A DNA stretch of 63,977 nt, counting the filler, from Candidatus Rokuibacteriota bacterium (lineage in GTDB: Bacteria; JAUVQV01; DATDCY01): assembly GCA_031406795.1 (NCBI GenBank). It is 7 parts of 7 records of this genome, joined end to end, with 100 filler letters (N's around TTAATTAATTAA, not from the genome) between each part and the next. Parts side by side here need not be neighbours in the genome. Positions count along the whole stretch, not along the records: positions 19,397 to 32,507 come from JANOHV010000110.1; 6 more parts are not named here. The stretch is one strand, 5' to 3'. The position numbers and the translations under genes are program-made. A model generated the notes under the pieces. It did no database searches, was not told the origin of the DNA, and saw only the letters and a list, made by a program, of their open reading frames with translations. Below are positions 19,397 through 31,157 of the stretch, in pieces (within the stretch, counting starts at the first letter, position 1; each line of letters starts with the position of its first letter).

Positions 19397-19650
19397 AGAG
19401 CCCCGCAGGCCATCAGAAAACTGCCGAAATACAGCGGGTTGCGGGTGTGGGCGTACGGCCCGGTCGTCGCGAGCACTTCGCGCTTGCGAATGTGGCCGGC
19501 GGCCCAGGTGCGCACCGCGGCGCCGAGCGCGAAGAGCAGCGCTCCAGCGGCAATCGACGCGGGGGTCGGGCGGGCGAAGACCACGAAAGCCGCCGCGAAG
19601 ACCCACCCGAGGGTCACGCGCCGCTTCTGGAGGCGATCGGCGAGACTCAC
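19397..19650 (-). CDS. Isoprenylcysteine carboxyl methyltransferase/PEMT-family membrane protein (3' truncated)
   Basis: RTWAAGHI.K...LATTGPYAHTRNPLYFGS; GTGA coupling with the lpxL stop. Confidence 0.85.
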
Positions 19651-20579
19651 GGCTCCCACACGGCCTCCCCCGGGTCCGGGGTACGCTTCCAGCGATCGTG
19701 AACCCAGAACCACTGCTCGGGGTACCGCCGCACGTACCCCTCGATCGCCGCGGTGTACCGCGCGGTCGAGACGCCGACGCGCGCGGCCCGGTCGCCGGCC
19801 TCGGCGAAGGGGATCGGCTCGCCGATCCAGCCCCGGTGGCGGCCGTCCGCGCCGCGGGCCGAGAAGGCCGGCAACACCGGGGCGCCGCTCTTGAGCGCGA
19901 GCATCGCCAGGCCGAAGTTGGCCGCCGCCGGGCGCCCGAGGAAGGGCACGAAAACCCGTTCGCTGCGCAGCGCATTCTGATCGAGGAGCATGCCGACGGC
20001 CTCCCCGCGACGCAGCAGCCGCAGGACGCCGCGCGCCGAATCCCGGGCGCTCATGGTGCGGTTGCCGGCGGCACGGCGCAACGCCTCGACGGTGGCGTCG
20101 ACCAGCGGGTTCGCCATCGGCCGCGCCAGGCCCGTCACCGTGACCTCCCGCGAAATCCGTGCGGCCAGCAGCTCCCAGTTGCCGCAGTGGCCGCCGAGGA
20201 TGAAGGCGCCGCGACCGCGCGCCAGGGCCGCGTGCAGATGTCCGGCGCCCTCCAGGTCCACGCGCTGCAGCAACTCGTCGCTGCGGCTGCCTGAGAGGGA
20301 GAATTCGGCGAGGGTGCGGCCGATGTTCTCGAAGGCGGCGCGGGCGACGCGGGCCGACGCCTGCGGATCGAGCCCGAGCCCGAGCCCGATGTTGCGCGTC
20401 GCGAGACGCCGGTGCCGCCGGTCGAGCGCATGCCAGATCCGGCCGAGGCGCGCCCCGCGCTCGAGCGCTTCATCGAGGGGGCGTTCCGCGACCGAACGGA
20501 GGAGGCTGCTGACGATGGCATGTTCGATCCGGTGCTTCAGCCGCCGCCGCGCGCCACGAGTGAGTTGAGCGTTTCCCAT
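19647..20579 (-). CDS. lpxL: Lipid A lauroyl/myristoyl acyltransferase (LpxL/HtrB family)
   Basis: GHCGNWEL, LLDQN, VPFLGRPA, PEQWFWVHDRWK. Confidence 0.9.
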   Translation of the reverse strand: MGNAQLTRGARRRLKHRIEHAIVSSLLRSVAERPLDEALERGARLGRIWHALDRRHRRLATRNIGLGLGLDPQASARVARAAFENIGRTLAEFSLSGSRSDELLQRVDLEGAGHLHAALARGRGAFILGGHCGNWELLAARISREVTVTGLARPMANPLVDATVEALRRAAGNRTMSARDSARGVLRLLRRGEAVGMLLDQNALRSERVFVPFLGRPAAANFGLAMLALKSGAPVLPAFSARGADGRHRGWIGEPIPFAEAGDRAARVGVSTARYTAAIEGYVRRYPEQWFWVHDRWKRTPDPGEAVWEP

Positions 20580-21634
20580 AGTGTTTCGTGACCGCTGATC
20601 ATAGCAAGTTTCACCTCCGCCCGATAGAGCGGCACCCCGCCGCTCCAGCCGGCCACCCGCACCGCATCCTTGGCCGTCGTCACGGCCGCAACCGCACCGC
20701 TCGCCGCGGCGGCGCGCTGCAGGCGGGCGATCTCCCCGGCCGCATAGACATGGTGGTCCCGGAAGACCTCCTCGCCCTTGATGCGCATCCCGAGCAGCTC
20801 GAGCGTCCGCCGGAACGACCCGGGGTTGGCGATGCCGCTGAAGGCGTAGACCGCGGCGCCGGCGGGAAGTTCCACCGGGACACCGGAGCCGGCATCCCGC
20901 CAGCCGGCGAAGACAAGATCGGCCTCCGCGAGCGCGGCGCGAGGGGCGATCATCGCAACCGTCCGCCGCAGTCCGGGGAGATCGGGAGCCGAGCCGACCC
21001 GGTTGAGCATGACGAACCCGGCCCGCGCCGCCGCGGCCGGCGCTTCGCGCAGCGGGCCGGCAGGGAGCTGGTACCCGTTGCCCAGGCCGCGCGAGGCATC
21101 GATGACCAGGATATCGAGCTCGCGCGCGAGGCGCCGATGCTGGAATGCGTCGTCCGCCACGACCACGGTCGCGCCGCAGGAGCCCACGGCGAGCAGGCCC
21201 GCCGCGTAGCGGTCGCGACCGACGATCACGGGGACGTCCGGGTAGCGCGCGGCCAGCAGCGCCGGCTCGTCGCCGAACCGCCGGGCCGCCGCCGGGCCGC
21301 CGCCGCTCGTGACACGCTCCGGCCCGCGCGCGCTGCCGCCGTACCCGCGGGAAACCACGGCCGGACGCGCGCCGAGGGCGGCCAGCTGATCAACCAGCCA
21401 GGCAACCAGCGGCGTCTTGCCGGTGCCGCCGACGCTGAGATTGCCGACACTGACGCAGGGCACCGGGAGGCGCCGCGCGGCGAGCACTCCCCGCTCGTAC
21501 GCGCCGGCCCGCCCGCGGGCTGCCAGCGCGTGCAGCGCCGCCGCCGCCCGCAGCAGCGCCGGGGGCGGCGCGCCCGCAGATCCGGGGGCGGGATACCAGA
21601 TGCGCTCGAGCCGGGAGGCGAGCTGCCCGATCAC
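20537..21634 (-). CDS. lpxK: Tetraacyldisaccharide 4'-kinase
   Basis: VGNLSVGGTGKTP, SRGYGG, GDEP, DDAFQH, LPAGPLRE, TTAKDAVR; GTGA coupling with waaA. Confidence 0.95.
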   Translation of the reverse strand: MIGQLASRLERIWYPAPGSAGAPPPALLRAAAALHALAARGRAGAYERGVLAARRLPVPCVSVGNLSVGGTGKTPLVAWLVDQLAALGARPAVVSRGYGGSARGPERVTSGGGPAAARRFGDEPALLAARYPDVPVIVGRDRYAAGLLAVGSCGATVVVADDAFQHRRLARELDILVIDASRGLGNGYQLPAGPLREAPAAAARAGFVMLNRVGSAPDLPGLRRTVAMIAPRAALAEADLVFAGWRDAGSGVPVELPAGAAVYAFSGIANPGSFRRTLELLGMRIKGEEVFRDHHVYAAGEIARLQRAAAASGAVAAVTTAKDAVRVAGWSGGVPLYRAEVKLAMISGHETLWETLNSLVARGGG

Positions 21635-22944
21635 GACGCGCGCCCCGGCCCGTCGAGAATCTCGAGCGCGGCGCCGGCGACCGCTTCGACCGCACCCGAA
21701 AACGTCGCGGCGACCGCGAGGGCGCGGCTGCCGGCGGCGACGCGGGCAGCGTCGGCGAAAAGCAGCGCCCGGCAGCGCTCGAAGATCGCGCCGGCATCGT
21801 GCGCCTGGAAGCCGCCGCCCGCAGCCAGCAGCGCGCGGCCCTCGTCCTCGACATGCCGGATGTCCGGACCGAAGATGACCGGCACGCCGTGGTACGCCGG
21901 TTCGAGCAGGTTGTGCCCGCCGTGATCGCCCCAGGTGCCGCCGACGAGGGCGACGGCCGCCGCCGCGTAGAAGTCGGCGAGTTCGCCGAGCGTATCGAGC
22001 ACCACGATCTGGGTCCCGGGGCCGATTGCCCGCTGCGACGCGCTCCAGCGAACCCAGGCGCCCGGCCAGTCGCCGAGCCGTTCGAAGCCGAAGCGCTCGG
22101 GGTGGCGCGGGGCGAGCACGAGCAGCAGCCCGGGATCCAGCGCGCGCAGGCGCCGAAACGCCGCGAGCACGAGATCGCTCTCGCCGCCGCGCACGCTGCC
22201 GGCGACGAGCACCGCGCGCCCGGCGGCGACGCCGAGGCGCTCGCGAATCGCGGCTTGACGGCGCACGCCGGCCAGGTCGCCGCCGTGCCGCCGGGCATGC
22301 TTGAGGTTCCCCGCGACACGGACCCGGGCTGCGGGAAGCCCGAGCTGCCGGTACCGCCGGGCGTCGTCGGCGGTCCGCACCAGCGCCAGCGTGACCGCCT
22401 CGAGAACCGGGCGCAGCGCGCGCCGCAGCAGCCGGTAGCGTCCGAAGCTGCGCGGCGAGATACGGCCGTTGGCGATCAGCACCGGCACCCGGGCGCGCCG
22501 CAGCGCGGTCAGCAGCACCGGCCACAACTCGGTTTCAAGGAGGATAAACAGCGCCGGGCGCTCGCGCCGAATCACCCCTCCCGGGATCCAGCCCCAGTCG
22601 AGCGGCAGCAGCAGGCAGCGCACGCGCGGTTCGCCCTCCGCCAGCGTCCGCGCGGCGACCCGGCGGCCGCTCGCCGTGAACGTCGAGACGAGAATGCGCG
22701 CCCGCGGGCGCCGGCGAAGCAGCTCGCCGACCAGCGGGGCCGCCGCCCGGACCTCGCCGACCGAGGCCGCGTGAATCCAGATCGTCTCGTCGGCCCCGGC
22801 GCCACCGGCGATCGGCCACCAGTCGGCGGGCACGCGCCCGAGGCGCTCCGCCAGTCCCTGGCGCAGGGCCGGAACGAAAAGCGCGAGCAGGCCGAGGACC
22901 AGGGCTGCGACCGCGCCGAAGGCGTTGTAGATGACCAGTTGCAT
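21631..22944 (-). CDS. waaA: Kdo transferase
   Basis: IWIHAASVGE, ETELWP, NGRIS, GNLK, APRHPER, DTLGEL, GGHNLLEPA. Confidence 0.95.
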   Translation of the reverse strand: MQLVIYNAFGAVAALVLGLLALFVPALRQGLAERLGRVPADWWPIAGGAGADETIWIHAASVGEVRAAAPLVGELLRRRPRARILVSTFTASGRRVAARTLAEGEPRVRCLLLPLDWGWIPGGVIRRERPALFILLETELWPVLLTALRRARVPVLIANGRISPRSFGRYRLLRRALRPVLEAVTLALVRTADDARRYRQLGLPAARVRVAGNLKHARRHGGDLAGVRRQAAIRERLGVAAGRAVLVAGSVRGGESDLVLAAFRRLRALDPGLLLVLAPRHPERFGFERLGDWPGAWVRWSASQRAIGPGTQIVVLDTLGELADFYAAAAVALVGGTWGDHGGHNLLEPAYHGVPVIFGPDIRHVEDEGRALLAAGGGFQAHDAGAIFERCRALLFADAARVAAGSRALAVAATFSGAVEAVAGAALEILDGPGRAS

Positions 22945-23111
22945 AGACTATCTATTATACCCGCTGAGGTTGCGAAACGTTCGAGTCAAGCAACGCTTGC
23001 AGCGAGCAGCGCGGTCCGGCAGGAGCCACAACACCCGAAAAGCAAGACCAGGCAACGAACCTGCCGCATTGATCCGCGCGTTACGCGCGGATTTGGGTTC
23101 GATCGGCGTGA

Positions 23112-23139
23112 TTGACACCCCGAGGTCGCGTGTTACCAT
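23112..23139 (+). promoter_or_regulatory. Candidate sigma70 promoter of the kinase/regulator operon
   Basis: TTGACA-N16-TACCAT with a TG extended -10. Confidence 0.5.
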
Positions 23140-23196
23140 TGCCCCCGTCTCACGGACGAAAGAGGGCGTTAACCCCGCCGCCAGGCTCAGGAGACA

Positions 23197-24859
23197 ATGA
23201 CGAAGACAGCCTCCAAGGGTGCTCCGGACAGGAAGCGGGCCCCGTCCCGCTACAGCCTGCGCGTTCGACTCGGGATGACCCTGGCGCTCGCCATCGCCGG
23301 GGCCTCGATTGCTTTCGCGTTCCTGATCATCGCGCACAGCCGCAATGAGGTGCTCGCCCAGACCATCCTGCAGAACCAGCAGACGGCCGAGGTCATCCGT
23401 CGCAGCACCCGCTACGCCATGCTGCAGAACCACCGCGAGCAGGTGGTGCAGATCATCGAGGCGGTGAGCCGCACCCGCAGCATCGAGAAGATCCGCATCT
23501 TCGACCGGGAGGGCGAAATCATCACCTCGACGCAGCCGGGCGAGATCGGCACCCGCGTCGACAAGAGCGCCGAGGCCTGCTATCACTGCCACGCGGCCGG
23601 CCGGCCGCTGCAGCAGATTCCCGGAACGGACCGGCACCGCATCTACCGCTCGCCCAGCGGGCACCGGATCCTCGGCACGATCGACGTCATCCGCAACGAG
23701 CCGGCCTGTTCGAACGCGGCGTGCCACGCGCACCCCGCCACGGTCACCGTGCTCGGCGTACTCGACATCGCCTACTCGCTCGACGCCCTGGACGCCAGCG
23801 AGCGCAGCGACATCCTGGCCGTAGTCGGGATCGCCTTTGGCCTGGGGCTCGCGATCTTCCTGACGGTGACGCTGCTGGTCAGCCGCCTGGTCTACCAGCC
23901 CCTCGGCGACCTCGAGGCCGGCGCACGGCTCGTCTCCGCCGGCGATCGGGAGCACCTGATCCCGGTGCGCCGCCCCGACGAGATCGGCCACCTCGCCGAT
24001 TCGTTCAACCGGATGACCCTCGCGCTGAAGAATTCGGAACGCGACCTCGCCGAGTGGGCCCACACCCTGGAGCAGAAAGTCGCCGAGAAGACGGCCGAAC
24101 TGCGGGTCGCCGAGGGCAAGACCGTCCAGGCCGAGAAGCTATCTTCGGTCGGGTTGCTCGCCGCGGGGATCGCCCACGAAATCAACAACCCGCTCACCGG
24201 CGTATTGACCTTCGCCCACCTGGTGCGCGTCAAGCTCCCCGAGGGGAGCGCCGAGGCCGAGGACATGGACATCATCATCCGCGAGACCAAGCGCTGCGCG
24301 GCCATCATCCGCCGGCTGCTGGACTTCGCGCGAGAGAAGAAACCCGAGATCGTCAGCGGCGACCTCAACGCCGTGGTCCGCGAGACCGTCCAGTTCGTCG
24401 AGCACCAGGCCGGCTTCCAGAACGTCGCCTTCGCGGCCGAGCTCGACCCCGAACTGCCGCCGATCTTCATGGACCCGAACCAGCTCAAGCAGGTGATCAT
24501 GAACCTGCTCGTCAACGCCCGGGACGCGATGAACGGTCGCGGTCGGCTCGCCGTGCGCTCGCGCCGCTCCCCGAGCCTGGTCTCGCCGGGAGCCGGCCGC
24601 CGCGCGGTTCCCGCGGTCGAACTGACGTTCACGGACACCGGCTGCGGCATCCCGGCGGAGGACCTGCCGAAGATCTTCGACCCGTTCTTCACGTCGAAGG
24701 AGCCGGGCAAGGGCGTCGGGCTGGGGCTGTCGGTCGGCTACAGCATCGTCAATGCGCACGGTGGAACGATCGACGTCGAGAGCGAGTTCGGCCGCGGCAC
24801 GACATTCCGCATCGTACTGCCCGTGGAGGGCGTGTCGCCCGAGGGCGCAAAGGAGACCC

Positions 24860-24885
<26 letters not shown>
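23197..24885 (+). CDS. Membrane sensor histidine kinase with heme-c-binding periplasmic domain and HAMP
   Basis: Two TMs enclosing CYHCH and CSNAACH; DEIGHLADSFNRM; AHEINNPL; DTGCGI, FFTSK.GKGVGLGL. Confidence 0.92.
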
Positions 24886-26281
<1,396 letters not shown>

Positions 26282-26299
26282 CACGCCCAGGGAGAAGGG

Positions 26300-26830
26300 A
26301 TGATTCGAAAAGAAACCGCCAAAGACTTCCGGGACATTCGAGAGCTGCATGACCGGGTCTTCTCCGGCCCCACCGAAGGGTCAATTGTCGATGGCATCCG
26401 AAAAGGAAATCCCGATGCGTTGTCGCTGGTCGCCGTGGTCAACGACAGGATCGTCGGCCACATCTTCTTCTCTCCCGTCGCGATCGGCGGTCTCGACGCG
26501 ATACCGGCGATGGGCCTGGGGCCGATGGCAGTCCTGCCGGAGCACCAGAAGCAGGGGATCGGCGCGGCACTGGTCACGCGAGGCATCCAACTGCTTCAAG
26601 AATCCGGCTGCGCCATGGTCTTCGTCCTCGGGCACGCCGGGTACTATCCTCGATTCGGCTTCTCCCCCGCGAGCAGACACGGTTTCACCTGCCAATGGGA
26701 TGGTGCCCCCGATGACGCATTCATGGTCAAGTTCCTGAGAAAGGAGTACGACGGCGTTGTCGGCGGCACGGTTGAATACTTGCCTGAATTCAACGAGGCC
26801 GTCGAGCGGGCGGCGGGCCAGGCGTCGTAG
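26300..26830 (+). CDS. GNAT N-acetyltransferase (YhbS-like)
   Basis: VGHIFFSPV, LGPMAVLPEHQKQGIG, VLGHAGYYPRFGF. Confidence 0.9.
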   Translation: MIRKETAKDFRDIRELHDRVFSGPTEGSIVDGIRKGNPDALSLVAVVNDRIVGHIFFSPVAIGGLDAIPAMGLGPMAVLPEHQKQGIGAALVTRGIQLLQESGCAMVFVLGHAGYYPRFGFSPASRHGFTCQWDGAPDDAFMVKFLRKEYDGVVGGTVEYLPEFNEAVERAAGQAS

Positions 26831-26899
26831 CCGGCCCCGATGCCGCAGCATCGCCCCGGCATGAGGGTGCGAGCAGGGACAGAGAAGGAGGAGGAGCCG

Positions 26900-27643
26900 A
26901 TGAAAGCCGGATGCGAGCACGAGAAGATTCGCGGCGCCGTCCAGAAGCGTTACGCCGAAATAGCCGGAGGTGCCGTCGGCAAGTTTGCCTATGCGACCGG
27001 GCTTGAAGGGGCGCATGCCCTGAACTACGACCCCGCCGTTCTTTCGCTCATACCGCCCGACCTGATGAAGTCATTCTGCGGCGTCGGCAACCCCTTCCTG
27101 GCCGGACCGCTGGGCGAGGGTGAATCCCTGCTCGATGTCGGCTGCGGTGCGGGTATCGATCTGATCGTCGCCAGTCACTCGATCGGCAGCACCGGCCGGC
27201 TCTGTGGCATCGACATCACGCCGGAGATGCTGAGAATCGCACGGGAGAACGCGGCCGCCGTGGGCCTGCACAACGTCGATCTGCGGGAAGGGAGTGCCGA
27301 GGCCATCCCCCATGAAGCCCACTCTTTTGACGTCGTCATCTCGAACGGTGTGCTGAACCTGTCCACCGAGAAGGAACGCGCCTTCCGGGAGATATTCCGA
27401 GTGCTGGTCCCCGGGGGGCGGCTTCAGTTCGCGGACATCGTTTTCGAGGGTGAACAGGCGCGGGAGGCGCCCTGCACCCTCGCGGCCTGGTCCGACTGAA
27501 TCGGCGGGGCGATCCCCGTGCGGGATCTCCTGGACATGATCGGGCGGGCCGGATTTCAGGACGTCGAGTTCCTCGGCAGGACACCGGTTTCCACTTCCCG
27601 CCAGACCCATGGCGCGACTTTCCGCGCCCGGAAACCGGGGTAG
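26900..27643 (+). CDS. ArsM/AS3MT-like SAM-dependent methyltransferase, predicted selenoprotein (UGA 27497-27499 = residue 200)
   Basis: SFCGVGNP, LDVGCGAGID, DVVISNGVLNL; frame continues WSD-U-IGGAIP...RAGFQDVE...FRARKPG* where ArsM has W..CIAGA. Confidence 0.85.
27500..27532 (+). promoter_or_regulatory. Candidate SECIS of the methyltransferase
   Basis: GATCCC-[CGTGC]-GGGATC hairpin at +12 to +28 from the UGA. Confidence 0.65.
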
Positions 27644-27714
27644 CGACCGGGACCGCGGGCTCGCCGCCACCTCCGGGCGGCGAACCCGTTGGGAGATGCA
27701 GCCGGACCTTGCCC

Positions 27715-28326
27715 TCACCGCCTGGTCATGAACGACTTGTACCCGTACTTGCCGATCGCCCAGGCAGCCACGAAGGGGAACGCCACGATATAGGCCAGGC
27801 CGATGAAGGGCGCGGCGAAGAAGAGCGCAACGTTCTTCGCGACATTCTCACGTGCTTCGGCAGCCAGGGCAGGCTCCGCCGCCAGCTCCGGAGCGGTCGT
27901 CGTCGCGGGGGAGATCAGCGCCAGCGCGGACAACCTGATCGCCTCGGCGGTCTCGTCCCGCTCGCGCAGCACGCGCTCGGCGTTCGAGATAATCGCCTCC
28001 GGAGAGAGCGGCTTGTGCAGGAAACCCGCCACACCGAGATCGCGCGCCCTTTGTTCACTCGCTTCCGTCCCGTACCCGGTGATGACGACGACCGGCATCT
28101 CCGGATGGCTCTTCTTCATCCGCGAGGCCATCTCCAGCCCGTCCATGCCGGGCATACGCAGGTCGGTGAACACCATGTCGTAACGCTTCTGGTCCAACTC
28201 CTCCATCGCCTCGGACCCGCTCATCGCCTCCCGCACCAGGTACCCGTGCTCCGTGAGCACGCGGTTGATGCTCCTCCCGACCACCGCGTCGTCGTCCACC
28301 ACCAGCACTCTGCGTGACTCGAACAT
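27715..28326 (-). CDS. Response-regulator receiver with C-terminal membrane anchor
   Basis: VLVVDDD, TDLRMPG, ITGY, KP; tail ALFFAAPFIGLAYIVAFPFV; AAGGAGG RBS. Confidence 0.88.
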   Translation of the reverse strand: MFESRRVLVVDDDAVVGRSINRVLTEHGYLVREAMSGSEAMEELDQKRYDMVFTDLRMPGMDGLEMASRMKKSHPEMPVVVITGYGTEASEQRARDLGVAGFLHKPLSPEAIISNAERVLRERDETAEAIRLSALALISPATTTAPELAAEPALAAEARENVAKNVALFFAAPFIGLAYIVAFPFVAAWAIGKYGYKSFMTRR

Positions 28327-28388
28327 GACCGACCTCCTTGCCGTTGCGCTCGTCGGGCGTCCCTTCAACCCGCCGCCATCCCGGGCCT

Positions 28389-28802
28389 TCACCCGGCCGC
28401 GGACTCGCACTGGATCGTCCAGCGCTTCTGCATCCAGGCTCCGGTGGTCGCCCTGATCACCGCTTCGGGCACCACCGGCTTCGCCAGGTAGTCATACGCG
28501 CCGAGCTTCACCGCCTCCTTGGCCGTCTCGATCGACGGGTACCCGGTGACCACCACGACTTCGCTCTGGGGCCACCGCTGCTTGATCGCCCGCAGGACTT
28601 CCATCCCGTCCATGCCGGGCATCCGCATGTCCAGCAGCACCACGTCGAAGCCGGCATCGCCCATCAGGTCGAGCGCCTCGGCCCCGTTGCCCGCCGCCAT
28701 CACGCGGAATCCGTCCGCCGAGAGCACCCGCCGGTAGCCGAGGCGAACCACTTCCTCGTCGTCCACCACCAGAACTCGAATCCTCTCTTCCATGACCATC
28801 AC
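28389..28802 (-). CDS. Single-domain response regulator
   Basis: VLVVDDE, LDMRMPG, VTGY, GAYDYLAKP. Confidence 0.9.
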   Translation of the reverse strand: MMVMEERIRVLVVDDEEVVRLGYRRVLSADGFRVMAAGNGAEALDLMGDAGFDVVLLDMRMPGMDGMEVLRAIKQRWPQSEVVVVTGYPSIETAKEAVKLGAYDYLAKPVVPEAVIRATTGAWMQKRWTIQCESAAG

Positions 28803-29434
28803 GTCCTTTTCGCGTGCTCGAACTCTTCCTCGTAGCCGGTGAACATCGCCTTGAAGTGCGCGCCCGGGGTGTGCCCGAGCGTCGCGAGGTAGGCGTGGAC
28901 CGGCAGGAAGGCCGTGAAGAAGATGAAGAACAGCACGTGGAGCGTGTCCACGGTGCGCACCCCGCCGAGCGCCGCCACCGCGCCCGAGAAGCGCTGCACA
29001 TCCCAGAGCAACAACCCCGAGAGGAACTGAAGGGGCACCACAAGTAGCATGATCAGGTCGTAGGCCAGCTTCTGCATCGGGTTGAACTTGGTGTACGCCG
29101 AGGCGTGGTGGGGGTTCGCCGAACCGCGGAAGATGCCGTAGCCGTAGTACACCGCCTGGTTGATGGCGTCGGTGTAGAATTTCCTGGGGCGCAGCTCCAT
29201 CTGGTAGTTCTTGATCTTGTCCGAGGTGAGATAGAAGACGAGCCAGAGCAGGTAGCTGCCCATCAGCGCGAAGCCGACGTAGTTATGGAGCCGCACCGAG
29301 GCCTCGAACGAGGCCAGCCCGATCAGGTCGCGGTAGCGGATCTGCAACCCCGAGAGGATGAGCAGCACGAACCCGAGCGCGTTCGTCCAGTGCCAGATCC
29401 GCACCGGCAGCGGGTGGATGTAGATCCTTTTCAT
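28799..29434 (-). CDS. Cytochrome b subunit (Ni/Fe-hydrogenase cyt b / PhsC / FdnI-like)
   Basis: RIWHWTNA, LHNYVG, KFNPMQK, LHV, VHAY, AMFTG; four TMs with heme-ligand His. Confidence 0.9.
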   Translation of the reverse strand: MKRIYIHPLPVRIWHWTNALGFVLLILSGLQIRYRDLIGLASFEASVRLHNYVGFALMGSYLLWLVFYLTSDKIKNYQMELRPRKFYTDAINQAVYYGYGIFRGSANPHHASAYTKFNPMQKLAYDLIMLLVVPLQFLSGLLLWDVQRFSGAVAALGGVRTVDTLHVLFFIFFTAFLPVHAYLATLGHTPGAHFKAMFTGYEEEFEHAKRT

Positions 29435-29440
29435 GACGGT

Positions 29441-31123
29441 TCACCCTTCCTTGCGGGCGCGCGCGGCCCGGAGGCGGAATGTCAGATGAATGGCGACGAC
29501 CGAAAGGCCGCCGGCGACCGCCAGCACGAGCAGCCAGTCGAGCACCCCGTGCCTCGTGGCCCCGAGGGCGTAGAAGCCGTGGATCGACATCACGGAAGCC
29601 GAGTCGGCGAGCATCCCCGGGGAGGCGTCGAAGCGCTTCGGGCGGTTGTCGTCGCGGGCGAGCGTCAGAACGACGCGATCGAACGCCGTGGAGCCATTCG
29701 TGTGGCAGGTCTCGCAGGCCCGGACCGCGCCGGACTTCGCGGCGAGACGGTGGGCGTCGACGCCCCGGGCGACCTGTAGCCGGCCGGTCACGTCGAGCTT
29801 GGCCGCAGAGGCCTGCCGCCGGGACTCGAGCCGGCGCATACTCGACCAGAGATCGAGACCGCTCACCCCGCTGCCTGACGGGTCGAAGGCGGCGCGCGCA
29901 TTGCCGTCGAACAGGTCGCCAACCTCGCGCTCGGTGAGCGCCCGGCCCGTGCCCTCCTCGACGAGGCTCAGGGCGACCACCCGCTCCGCCTGCGGCGCGT
30001 GGCACGCGGCGCAGGAAACGACGTCCAGGTGCAGTGCGGCGTTCGGCAGCCAGGCCGAATGGACCGCCACCGCGGTCGGGTGACAGCCGATGCAGGCCGC
30101 GCGGACCAATTCGGGGCGGGCGCTGCCCTGCACATCGTGGGCGCGGTGGCAGTCCGAGCACAACGGCGCGTCGAAGTGATCGCCTGAGGCGCGGGCCTTG
30201 CCGTGCATGCTCCCCGCGTACGCCGCGAAAACCTTCTGGTGACAGGCGCGGCACGGCGTTCCGGCGACGGAGGCGAACCGCTCCTTCGGCGCCACCTCGT
30301 GCGCGCTGTGGCAGTCGGTACACCCCGGAGCCCCCGCAACCCCCGCCCGCAGCAGTGTGAAATGAACGCTCCCTTCCGCCTGGCGCAGCTTGTCGGCGTG
30401 GCAGCGGGCGCAGATCCGGACGGCCGCGATGGCGCGGTTGCCCTCGTCGGCGCTGGTTTCGGCCGGGTGCGCGGTCGCCGAAAAACCGGTGTGGCAATCG
30501 GAACAGACGTGGTTCGGGTGCACGGAGGCCTTGAGCTTGAGCGCCTCCACCCCGAGTTCCACCGAGGAGCCGTCCGGGCGCTGCAACTTCAGAGCCCGGG
30601 AGTGACAGCTCAGACAGTATTCATCGGGCGCCGCGCCGCGCTTCCAGGCGGCAACGCTTCTCACTCCGTGGGAGCCGTGACATTCGATGCACGCAAGCTG
30701 CTGGTCCTCGAAAACGACGGCCGCGTGCGGGGAATGTGCGCGCAATCCCTCTGCCGGATGGCACGCGAGGCAGTTGCGCGATGCGTCAAGGCGGAATGCT
30801 TCCCGGCTCGCCGCGGGATGCCCATCGGGGTGTGCGTCGAGCCGCACCCCGCGGTGACAGCCCCGGCACTCGATGCCGCGGTGGGCCGAACCGGCGAGGT
30901 CGGCCGCGCTCACCGCGAGCGACACCTTCTCGCCGTTCGCCGTCGTCACCGAGAGACCGACGTCTTCGTGGCACGAGAGGCAGGCCCGCCAGGTCGGCCC
31001 GGAAGCTGCTGCAGCGGCGCCTGCTCCGGCCGGCAGCGACAGCGCCGCGAGGAGGAGCAGCGCGAACGAAAGACGAAGGAGGGGCGACCGCCCCCCCCTC
31101 GCCAACCGATTCCTCGTGATCAT
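29441..31123 (-). CDS. Membrane-anchored 13-heme cytochrome c
   Basis: Signal peptide, 13 CxxCH motifs counted by eye, C-terminal TM containing His. Confidence 0.92.
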   Translation of the reverse strand: MITRNRLARGGRSPLLRLSFALLLLAALSLPAGAGAAAAASGPTWRACLSCHEDVGLSVTTANGEKVSLAVSAADLAGSAHRGIECRGCHRGVRLDAHPDGHPAASREAFRLDASRNCLACHPAEGLRAHSPHAAVVFEDQQLACIECHGSHGVRSVAAWKRGAAPDEYCLSCHSRALKLQRPDGSSVELGVEALKLKASVHPNHVCSDCHTGFSATAHPAETSADEGNRAIAAVRICARCHADKLRQAEGSVHFTLLRAGVAGAPGCTDCHSAHEVAPKERFASVAGTPCRACHQKVFAAYAGSMHGKARASGDHFDAPLCSDCHRAHDVQGSARPELVRAACIGCHPTAVAVHSAWLPNAALHLDVVSCAACHAPQAERVVALSLVEEGTGRALTEREVGDLFDGNARAAFDPSGSGVSGLDLWSSMRRLESRRQASAAKLDVTGRLQVARGVDAHRLAAKSGAVRACETCHTNGSTAFDRVVLTLARDDNRPKRFDASPGMLADSASVMSIHGFYALGATRHGVLDWLLVLAVAGGLSVVAIHLTFRLRAARARKEG

Positions 31124-31157
31124 GACTTCCCGCTCCCCGGCTCGCGGTTCAGATCCG

